Positions 13,805 to 22,612 of a DNA stretch of 36,591 nt are shown here, piece after piece. The stretch is from the NCBI RefSeq assembly GCF_001194135.2, contig NC_068988.1, forward strand, positions 5,095,565 through 5,132,155, in the 5' to 3' direction. How positions within the stretch are numbered: the stretch's first letter is position 1; the number at the start of each line of letters is the position of its first letter. A model generated the notes under the pieces. The model searched no databases. It was not told the DNA's origin and was given only the letters and a program-made list of their open reading frames with translations. The DNA is from Octopus bimaculoides (Eukaryota). The position numbers and the translations under genes were made by a program.

Positions 13805-13960
13805 GTCTTTACGTTCTGAGTTCAAATTCCGCCGAGGTCGATTTTGCCTTTCATCTTTTCCGGGTGAATGAATTAAGTACCAGTTGCGTACTGGGTCGCT
13901 TCAATCGACTGGACCCTCCCTCAAAATTTCGGGCTTTTTGCCTAGAGTAGAAAAGATTAT
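13805..13960 (+). mobile_element. tRNA-derived SINE, 5'-truncated, tail type 1
   Basis: B-box GAGTTCAAATTCC (13818-13830), conserved core GCCTTTCATCTTTTCCGGGTGAATGAATTAAGTACCAG shared with copies at 19291, 24993 and 35959, tail CCCTCCCTCAAAATTTCGGGCTTTTTGCCTAGAGTAGAAAAGATTAT. The core resembles the Sauria/Meta-type SINE central domain as I recall it (unverified). Confidence 0.85.
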
Positions 13961-14494
13961 ACGATAAAACGTTTTTATCGTGTGAACGTCGTTTTTTGAG
14001 TTGCATTGAATTATTGTAGTGTTCTTTGAACACTTTGGCTTTTACTGCCTCGTGGCAGGCCAGTTGTGTTTCCCCTTCTCATAGAGGAGGGTAAGCAAAG
14101 GAAAAACTGAAAGAAATTAGTTCTTCAGAATACAGTTACATTGAAGTGTCTGACTCTGAGCAGTCAAACACTTCGTGGTACGAAAAGAATAGAAGCTTTG
14201 CAGAGGCGGCTAAAGTAACAGAGAGTAATATGGATTTGAACGAGTGGAAGAAGAACTCCAAAATGATGAAAGGGGATGAAACGAAGGCGGAAGTAAGAGC
14301 GCCAACGGAGATAATTAATAACAGAGCAAGAAGCACAGTGACAAAACACACTCAGTGGCAGTAAGAAGAATAAACGAGTCGAGTGGAGAAGATACTAAGG
14401 CCCCTATTGAAGGATATTAGGTATTTAACAAGCGGCAGTAAATTTGATACAATGAAAGTAACTACACCCTTTCTGTTTTAAAAACCATAAAAAA

Positions 14495-14644
14495 AAATAT
14501 TTTTGAGTGGTTTTCTGCGGGCTGGAACGGGTTAATTATATTTTAGTTAATTTCACTAGGGAAAATTGATTTATAAAACGAGTAACTCGTAAGACGATCT
14601 CAGTCATGGGACGAATTAAACTCGTACTGTGAGGTATCACTGTA
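14495..14644 (+). mobile_element. Right end of a Tigger/pogo-type (Tc1/mariner superfamily) DNA transposon
   Basis: GGCTGGAACGGGTTAATT...GGGAAAATTGATTT...GGGACGAATTAAACTCGTACTGTGAGGTATCACTG followed by TA. Reverse complement begins CAGTGATACCTC...TACGAGTTTAATTCGT, a Tigger-like TIR; no left TIR found. Confidence 0.75.
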
Positions 14645-15164
14645 TTCTTAAATTAGTTATGATGTATTTATTTCTCGATTATATTTTTGACTAGACAATA
14701 CTTTAAGGAAAAGTATAAAACTGCTTGTTTTTACTTTTGTCTCTCTGCCAGGTACCAATTCTATGGTTCCTATCAGTGACAGTAATGCAATGCAGTAGTT
14801 TTCACAACCAAAAATGGTTGCACAATTCTTGTCTGAAACACATACACCTTATTCTCTTAAAAGCCCTTAAGAGCAACAGAGATCAGACTTGCCAACTAAA
14901 AATAGATCTGAACGTTGTGAAAATATTCTCTCTTTCTCACCTTTTAGTGTTAGATGTGGATAGAAAATGTTGGCAGAAAAAGAATACGGAAACTGGAAGA
15001 GATAAAGAAAAACTTTCAAATATAATCTTTGACTTAGTTTTTGAAAATAAGAGGAAAAGATTAAAAGAATGGTATGGAACACTCAGGTTTCTGCAAATCA
15101 AAGACGAAAGAATTAAAAGAAACATTTGCAATTTATAGAAAAAAGTCTTAATACACACAGAGAC

Positions 15165-15198
15165 ACGCACATACATACATACATGCATATACACACAC

Positions 15199-15271
<73 letters not shown>

Positions 15272-15419
15272 GAAGTATATATAGAGATATAGGTATGTAT
15301 AGATAGATAGATATATATAGATATAGATAGATAGATAGATAGATATAGATAGATAGGTATATATAGAGATATAGGTATGTATAGATATATATATATATAG
15401 AGAGAGAGAGATATGTATG

Positions 15420-15462
<43 letters not shown>

Positions 15463-15737
15463 ATGTATGTATATATNNNNNNNNNNNNNNNNNNNNNNNN
15501 NNNNNNNNNNNNNNNNNNNNNNNNNNNNNNNNNNNNNNNNNNNNNNNNNNNNNNNNNNNNNNNNNNNNNNNNNNNNNNNNNNNNNNNNNNNNNNNNNNNN
15601 NNNNNNNNNNNNNNNNNNNNNNNNNNNNNNNNNNNNNNNNNNNNNNNNNNNNNNNNNNNNNNNNNNNNNNNNNNNNNNNNNNNNNNNNNNNNNNNNNNNN
15701 NNNNNNNNNNNNNNNNNNNNNNNNNNNNNNNNNNNNN
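15165..15737. repeat. Compound (CATA)n/(GATA)n/(AT)n/(AG)n satellite with gap 15477-15737
   Basis: Direct reading; higher-order units recur in 15277-15476. Confidence 0.95.
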
Positions 15738-15876
15738 CTTGATACCCTGTATTATAATTTTAAATAATTATTACCTTTGATGGTTTTTATTCCCATGCTG
15801 ACCACTTGATAAGATCAATATTTTAAATACCGATCTTATCCTTATTTATATAGATAGATAGATAGATAGATAGATA

Positions 15877-16165
15877 CATTTCTTTTATTAGCCACACAGG
15901 GCTCAACAAAGATGGGACAAATACAATGTAGAGCTTTTTGGGGGGAGCGGGAAGGAAAAAAAAAAGAAAATAGGGGTGTGTCGATCAAAAGGGATCGTAG
16001 GAAGGGAAAAAGGGGGGAGTTCGATCAAAAGGGATCGAAAAAAAAAAAAAGTTCGCCCATGGTGTTGCTATCGTGGTAGTTGTTGCCATCGTTGTCACGG
16101 CCGCTGTTGCTGTTGTTGTTTTGATTGTGTTGTTGACATTGTTATGGCCGTCCATGAAATTTCTT
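15877..16165 (-). mobile_element. 3' end of a non-LTR retroposon (L1/Tx1-like), abutting (GATA)n at 15851-15876
   Basis: Minus strand ends ...CTCTACATTGTATTTGTCCCATCTTTGTTGAGCCCTGTGTGGCTAATAAAAGAAATG then (TATC)n. 60 of 62 nt are identical to 36502-36563, and the terminal motif resembles that of 24634. The upstream boundary is approximate. Confidence 0.65.
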
Positions 16166-16508
16166 GTGCGTGTGTTTGTGTGTATGTGTGTATGGGTTCG
16201 TTTCATATGTTGTATGTACCCAAGCCCTTTATATAGTTTCATTTATCTATTTTCTCTATCTCTGTCTTATTTTTATTGCAGGTATATGACAAATATATTT
16301 GTATATTTATTTATATATTTATATATATTTTATACATCTATCTCTGTTTCTCTTAAATATCACAAGTAAATGCATATCTGTTTATTGTGTGTGTATTACC
16401 CTGTATGTTTCTGCGTATTGTTTACGATTTTTCCCTCTCTTCTCATCCCTTCTGTCTTTAGTCATGTGGTGTAGTGTGGTGTGGTGTAGTGTGGCGGGTG
16501 TTACTGTT

Positions 16509-17460
16509 TCATTCGTGTTTTCTACTGAGGCTCGATCTGTCTATTATGTGTGTAGCCTCTTTGATCTGTCTAAGTGTCGTGTCCGTTCTGTATCGATAGT
16601 ACTTTAACTTGTAAGCTATTAACTGAGCCTCCATGTTCTGCCTTAGCATGTCGGTAGAGCACTGACGAGTTTCTCCCTTCTTTGCGCTCTCACCAGTGTT
16701 CACCTATACGCTTGTCTATGTTGCGTGCAGTCTCTCCAATGTAGGTAGCTGTCATGTTTCTGCACTGTCCTTCAGTGCATCGTAATCTATACACTACATT
16801 CCTAAACTTACAGTTAACCTGTGAGTTCATCCTACATACAACACAATTGTACTCCGTACAGAGGCAATTGTCAAAACGATAGGTTTTGCCGATCAGGGAT
16901 TTTAAAGGGGCACCAGGCCTCTATACTATTTTAATTCGTAGATTAGACTTACTTAATGCTTTTCTAAAAAGATGTGCTAGTTCGCCGCCAGGGGTAGCAT
17001 CAACGAAATGACATTGGTATTTTTTGTTGTCATACCAAGTGTTGGCCTTATTTATCTTTTAACTGGTCCTGAAAGTGCTGTTCCAGGTTTACTCCTGTGC
17101 AGTGAACAGATCCCTTTAGTATCACTCTCTATGATGGCTTTGTACTTAGTCCTGGCTCCTTTGTACACTCTAATCCTGTCCCTTTGGTTGTAGCCAGAGA
17201 ACTGCATGTGGCAGATGAAGTGTTATATGTGTCTTTTCCATTCCATAGGGTCGCACATGCGAGACACATTCCTCATCACTCTCACCAAGTCAGCTGTAAG
17301 AATGTGGAACTTGGCATCGTTTGCAATCGCTACGTTCTTGTGAACAAGGTACTTAGAGGCCATGGGTCTGGCATAATGAGAGTGAAGGATCTGGGCCTTG
17401 CCGTTCTTCGTTTCTAGCCAGAGTTCAGTGTCTAAAACGGGTAACCTATAGTTAGGGTGC
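16509..17460 (-). mobile_element. Penelope-like retroelement relic: RT C-terminus/thumb, Cys-rich linker, GIY-YIG endonuclease
   Basis: Manual translation: HPNYRLPVLDTELWL...HSHYARPMASKYLVHKNVA...ILTADLVRVMRNVS...MQFSGY...LHRSK/WN...FVDATPGGEL...IV*RPGAPLKSL...NCLCTEYNCVVC...CKFRNVVYRLRCTEGQC...TYIGETARNIDKRIGEH...RQIKEATHI. At least four stops (e.g. 16690-16692, 16921-16923) and two frameshifts. Confidence 0.9.
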
Positions 17461-17534
17461 CATCCCGAAATACAACAATATCTGTTTTAACACAGGATTT
17501 CACACCAGGAATCTTGCAAAACGAATTAATAAAC

Positions 17535-17576
<42 letters not shown>

Positions 17577-17980
17577 GAAGTGAAGAGTAGATAGACAGCC
17601 GAAAACTGATGAAGGGTCCTTTCTCTGTGTTTACTTGTCCTGTTTTCCACTTTTCTCGTTACTTACGTATTTAACTCGCTTATTTACATATTTCATGTTA
17701 TTTGCATCGTTGGTGACGTCCTGTACCCATATAAGCATATATAACAGTATTGTGTTGCATGGAAGATGTAATAAGAAGTGCAATTCAGGTCAAGAATTAC
17801 AAAGGCAAACAAGTATACTCAACCGTCTATGGATTAGGAGGTGTTTAACAAGGTGTCTCTGTCTCAGAGGTTATTTATTTTGTGTTTGCTTTTAGTGGTT
17901 TTAACGCCATAATAGATATCGAATTAAAGCTTAGTAAATATATATACAGTATATTGGCAGTGTTAATAAGAGAAGTAATT

Positions 17981-17982
17981 CA

Positions 17983-18050
<68 letters not shown>

Positions 18051-18086
18051 ATACGCACATGCTCAGACACACACACACACACACAC
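17981..18086. repeat. (AT)n plus (CA)n compound microsatellite
   Basis: Direct reading. Confidence 0.95.
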
Positions 18087-18166
18087 GCAAACATGGATAC
18101 ACTTACATGTCATCAAATAATTTCGAAATCATTCAATTTTATTGCCAAAGAAATTTTTATGTAAAC

Positions 18167-18253
18167 CTTATTGAAGCTGTCGACTTTCTCAGCAACATCT
18201 TTGAAACGTTTCCCCTTGTATTGCGACTCCTGTGCACTTATGAATTCCATATA
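18167..18253 (-). CDS. Candidate 87-nt coding exon (phase 0-0, or ATG-containing first coding exon) of an unidentified gene
   Basis: Minus strand: ttttgtgaactgttatag|TAT ATG GAA...AAT AAG|gtttac, giving YMEFISAQESQYKGKRFKDVAEKVDSFNK. Protein-like composition, then AT-rich intron-like sequence. The donor is weak beyond AAG|GT. No homolog recognised. Confidence 0.4.
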
Positions 18254-18553
18254 CTATAACAGTTCACAAAACAACCTCCTACTTATATTCAGAAATCGTT
18301 AACTACTATTATCACCTCTGGAGTACACAATACATATTATTATTTATCTTTGCACCTGTTGTTAGTAAAAACGAAAGGGTCTAGTCTTTTTCATTCGCAA
18401 AATGAGCCCCCCTTTAATTTCGCTCAGATTGCTTTCAATTTTGGTGTACCGATGCAACTCTGAATTTTGGTTACAATCAACCATTTGCTTTATCTCGTAA
18501 ATTAAAGAACCTGATGTTATTTGAAATTAAAGTTGGGAAATTTGGGTAATTTT

Positions 18554-18585
18554 AGCCAATCAACAGACAGCGTTACCATGACAAC
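18554..18585. promoter_or_regulatory. NF-Y CCAAT box plus RFX X-box
   Basis: AGCCAATCA (18554-18562) and GTTACCATGACAAC (18572-18585). The latter fits the X-box consensus GTHNYYATRRNAAC on both strands; CpG-containing flank with ACCGCACG repeated twice. Confidence 0.55.
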
Positions 18586-19290
18586 CGCACGCTGTGTTGT
18601 GGTTCACTTCACTGTTGTCTGTACCGCACGTTGTTCTATGTTGATTATTCACACTGAATTTTTCACACCACGAGATTCTTTTCACCCGCGTATTTTGTTT
18701 TAATTTTTCTGTGTGTATGTTAAATATTTTTCTGTGCTACTGTGTGTTAGTATTTTTCTGAGCTTTCTCTGTGTTCGTATATTTAGATATTCTCAATTCA
18801 TATATTTTTCATATATATTCAGGGATTCATTAGTTCAGATAGCTGGATTTATGATTTCACTATGTTAATTCTGTTCATAAAAGTTTTAACTAGGAGTATT
18901 TCTGAAACCGTTAGCTTCACATTTCAACAGCTTAACTGAAATTTAGCCCACGTAACAGGAACTGAGAGGGATATCGTAGAACAGAGGAACTTTGAATGAA
19001 CAGTTAATTTGACATTGTTTTAGAATTCTTCGTGCAAAAACATAAGATACAAGTCTTCTTTTCCTTTGGACAAATTCTTTGTTGACCAGTGTTATTCTTA
19101 TCGTAGTTTACAAATCGAAGCACGTCTCCAAACTTTGGAGTTTTGGAGACAGACGCCCCCTTCACACACACACACACACACACACACACATGAATGCATA
19201 AATGTACATATAAACTTATATATGAATACATGCACTTATATATTAATGATGTACACAAATACAGGAGAGGTATACATGATACTGAAATAT

Positions 19291-19432
19291 TTTGTTCTTT
19301 GCCTTTCGTTCTTTCGGGGTCGATTAAATAAGTACTAGTTATGCACTGGAGTCGATGTAATCGACTTAATCTCTTTGTATGTCCTTGTTTGTCCCCTCTG
19401 TGTTTATCGCCTTGTGGGCAATAAAGAAATAA
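19291..19432 (+). mobile_element. SINE core plus tail type 2, 5'-truncated, with 12-bp target-site duplication
   Basis: Core GCCTTTCGTTCTTTCGGGGTCGATTAAATAAGTACTAG; tail TTTGTCCCCTCTGTGTTTATCGCCTTGTGGGCAATAAAGAAAT. Flanked by ATACTGAAATAT at 19279-19290 and 19433-19444. Confidence 0.9.
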
Positions 19433-20236
19433 ATACTGAAATATGTATAAAGTAAACACATGCAGACAAATATACTAATGTAACAAATTTAAAAAAATAA
19501 TAAAATCATACATTCTCTGAAGAGACAAAAGAAGATACATGTAATTTTATTAGGTATTTTTGTTTATTTAGAAACCTACAATGAACAGGTCATGTCACAG
19601 ACGCTAAACTATAAATGAAAAAAACTAGATCCAAAACGAAAACCGAAGTATGAAATAACAATTTATTGGAAAATAAAACCTAGCACTGGAGAATTTGTTA
19701 ATTATCAGAGGTTTCTCAACAAATATTCCAAAGAAAATTCATTAAGCATGTTTGTGGCCAAGTGAGTGGGTCCCTTTTTTTAAAAATAGATTTTCCTCGA
19801 ACACAATAATAAAATATGGCACCAACAAAATACATACAATTAACATGTGATGTTTAATCACTATACTCTACATAATAAACTATAGTTATTAATTATCGAG
19901 TCTTAATCTAAGAGTCAATGTAAGTATAAAGTTTAATATATACATTATTTCAATTAAAGAAAATTAATTAGCACAGACGACAAAGTTAAATAAAAATAAC
20001 AACAAAAGCTATATTTCATCTTGCTGCCGTTACTAGGGATTTTTTGCTTTTGCTCTAAATGCTTCAAACATTTAAGTCTGGTAAGGCTGGTAGCAAACGT
20101 GGTTTTAAGAACACCAAGTGTCCCACTTCTTCAGATGACTAATACTCTAATACAACAACATAGGGTCTACAGAAACTTCTTCCATACATCGACTTCATTT
20201 ACCTACTTTTCCCCTTCAAGCGAAATCACCCAGCAC

Positions 20237-20278
20237 GCTGCTGCTGCTGATGCTGCTGCTGATGCTGCTGATGCTGCT
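20237..20278. repeat. Interrupted (GCT)n repeat: (GCT)4 GAT (GCT)3 GAT (GCT)2 GAT (GCT)2
   Basis: Direct reading, 14 triplets. Confidence 0.95.
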
Positions 20279-21027
20279 AAGTCTTTACTACTGTGTCTGC
20301 TAAACATATTCTAAATATAAACTTAACATCCTATTTTCGTTGACAATCATTTTTTCTTTCTGTTTTTCACTAAAACGATATCATGTGTTGTATTCTAACT
20401 TATACTTTAGGCACAAAACCATGTTTTTGTTACATCTAAAGTAATGTGTACAGTTCTTGAAGTTTAGTTTGAAACAAATTTATCTTTGTTAGTTTTTGAA
20501 ATGGTCTACTTTCTTTAACATCGCAACAACAACGGCAAACATTATTTACATTTCAGTTTTCAAATAAAACTGTTAAAGTTAATTTTGTTCAGTATTTAGA
20601 GTAACACATTTCCACAGGGCGCATCATAATTAGTCTTTGCGAGGTAATTTTCACCAAAAGTGCTCAACCAATGCTCATATAAACAGCATTATTTAGTCCC
20701 ACGATGAAAGAATTATACAGTTTACAGAAATATATATATATATATATACATGCATACATGTATGTGCGTATGTATGCATCGCAGTAAATTGCCAGTCGCT
20801 ACCCTCGTGCGTAAGTTGTTCTTTATCATAGCATGGGTCTGCCAAAGGCTTCTGATTGAAACTTGGTTCGTCTCGGTTATTTTAGACGGTGATCAACTTT
20901 TCTTTGCTTTCTTCAGGGATAGTTAAGAACAAGACATATTATAGGTCTTATATGTAGCTCATAAAGATCTTTACTTCACTCTTCCTTTTATCTCTATCTC
21001 TCTCTCTTTTTCCCTCTCCTTCTCCCC

Positions 21028-21060
<33 letters not shown>

Positions 21061-21269
21061 GACAACGATCTCGTCGTTTCTAACTTCATATTTGCATAGA
21101 ATTACCATCGCAACCAGTGTCGTCTCGTCTCCTAGCCCCACCTACATTATCCATTTTCCCCTCAGAGCACCAACCCACGTTGATTTCTTTCCTGCCTACG
21201 ATTCTTTCTGGAGTCTTCGACTGAGTCAGTTTCATGCTGAGCAAATAATCGCCTCGAACTCTGCATCTA

Positions 21270-21860
21270 TCGGTAACAAGATATCAGTGTCCAGTTTTCT
21301 CATTCTTCGTTTAACCACATCGTTCTATCTCAACCGAAATCTACGCATATATTTTGTACCTCTAAACAATTAGAAAAAAAATTGGCAAGCAGGTTTTCAC
21401 CATTCTTTGGACATGCCTAACACAGCGGCGTCACTGCACCTATATCTCTTCTATAGAAGGCAGCTTGGATTTCTATTGGATAAAAATATACCTGACTTTA
21501 TCTTTTCCTGTGATATTTATAATTTGTTTCAGATCTCTCATCATGAATAATATATTTTACCCGTTTGTGTCATACAGTCGAAACCTTCAACCCGTATAAA
21601 AGGATGGAATAATACCTTATTGTTGGATATACTTGCTCTGGTTCTGACTGATTTTCACAGTGATGCTTTCAAGCTTCCATATGCCAAAATGACTTGATTC
21701 ACCCTGTGCTCTACATCAGTGAGACTAGCAATATCATTGATGATATTGTCCTGATAGATAATTTTTCTTACCTTTACCAGCGCCTGGCTTTCGATAAGAT
21801 GGTTGCTGTAGGAGGTTTGAGTTGCCACGGGGAATGGACCCAATATTTAAAAAGGGAGAT
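21270..21860 (-). mobile_element. RTE-clade LINE relic (RT thumb and C-terminus)
   Basis: Collinear minus-strand fragments LVKVRKIIYQDNII...DVEHRVNQVILAYGSLK, SILLYG, KLPSIEEI*VQ*RRCVRHVQRM..CLP and RFRLR*NDVVKRR follow the RTE consensus order (YLGS..RI.KA..AFG.L, PTLLYG, LPSIE..RRLRWLGHV.RM..RLP, RLRW.D.V). Confidence 0.8.
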
Positions 21861-22240
21861 AAAGATGAATTAGAGAACAATCGAAGAAGTTTTCTTCTTC
21901 GCTAGAGGCGAGAAAATCCTGAACTAGCTGAGAAAATCATAGCGGTTAGCAGATGAATTTAAATATTGATTCAAAAAAGAAAGAAGCAGCATGGATAGGG
22001 CATTCGACAAGACTCATGAGAAATACGCGAACAAAAAATTAGATATTATCTTCGCTGAGTTCGATTCCGTAAGACAGTCGGGTTTGCCGTAAATGCTTCG
22101 AAGGATCAGGTGACTGGAGAATATCACTCGTGTGACCGAGTGGTTACACACTGGCTTGAGGGCTGAAGTATTCACGTGGACCCCACCTTATACAGCTTGA
22201 CATACAGTAGGGAGAGAGGGTCAAGTTGATGTCCGTAAGG

Positions 22241-22272
22241 ACCAACATTTTCTCTTGTCAGCAGTTCTTCAG
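22241..22272 (-). ncRNA. Decayed hammerhead-like core (possible PLE terminus)
   Basis: Minus strand CCTGAAGA ACTGCTGACAAGA GAAA ATGTTGGT: both core boxes present, stem II poorly paired, palindrome lost. Confidence 0.3.
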
Positions 22273-22560
22273 GATGCATTCAATTGACCTTGAGTTGTAT
22301 ACACACAAATAACACATGATGTTAATCAGTTGAAGATCATGCACAAGAGGTGCACTTGGATATATGCATGTTCATACATATATATACATGTATATATATG
22401 CATATATATGTATATGCATGCATATTAATGTGTGTATATATGTGGGGGTGAGCATATATGTATGTGTGAGTGTGTGTGTGTGTGATCAAACACACTTCAA
22501 AGAGGCTGATGTTGATCTATGTCGGCAAGACGTTGTAAAATCGACGAAACAGTACAGTTA

Positions 22561-22612
22561 AATTTCCACGAGTGGAAAATTCAACGTTTCGGACAGTGTC
22601 CTTCTTCAGCGA
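22561..22612 (-). ncRNA. Minimal hammerhead ribozyme-like motif (PLE type) with 3' hairpin
   Basis: Minus strand CTGAAGA A GGAC-ACT-GTCC GAAA CGTT G: intact core, 4-bp stem II and palindromic AACGTT. Stem I is imperfect. Followed by hairpin TTTCCA-CTCG-TGGAAA. Confidence 0.55.

Noticed and set aside
14725-15138. 137-aa plus-strand ORF, the longest outside obvious repeats
   Set aside because: No recognisable domain, and the overlapping antisense ORFs suggest a chance ORF. A good acceptor at about 14751 exists, but no coherent exon could be built.
17575-17730. GCCGAAAACTGATGAAGGG containing both hammerhead boxes, in a repeat-like stretch next to the PLE relic
   Set aside because: The boxes are in the wrong order with no room for stems I and III, and no GAAA follows CTGATGA. 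It may be a PLE-associated terminal repeat but is not a foldable hammerhead here.
19004-19459. 151-aa minus-strand ORF
   Set aside because: Antisense read-through of a SINE and a (CA)n tract.
20021-20314. ORF with poly-Ala (or poly-Gln/His on minus) from the GCT repeat
   Set aside because: The minus Gln/His frame has a stop immediately upstream; the plus frame has no recognisable homology or supported splice sites.
16690-21500. Possible CpG-decay signature from TGA stops in retroelement relics
   Set aside because: Only one or two stops are plausibly CGA-to-TGA; others (TAG, TAA) are not CpG-derived. A consensus-based count would be needed.
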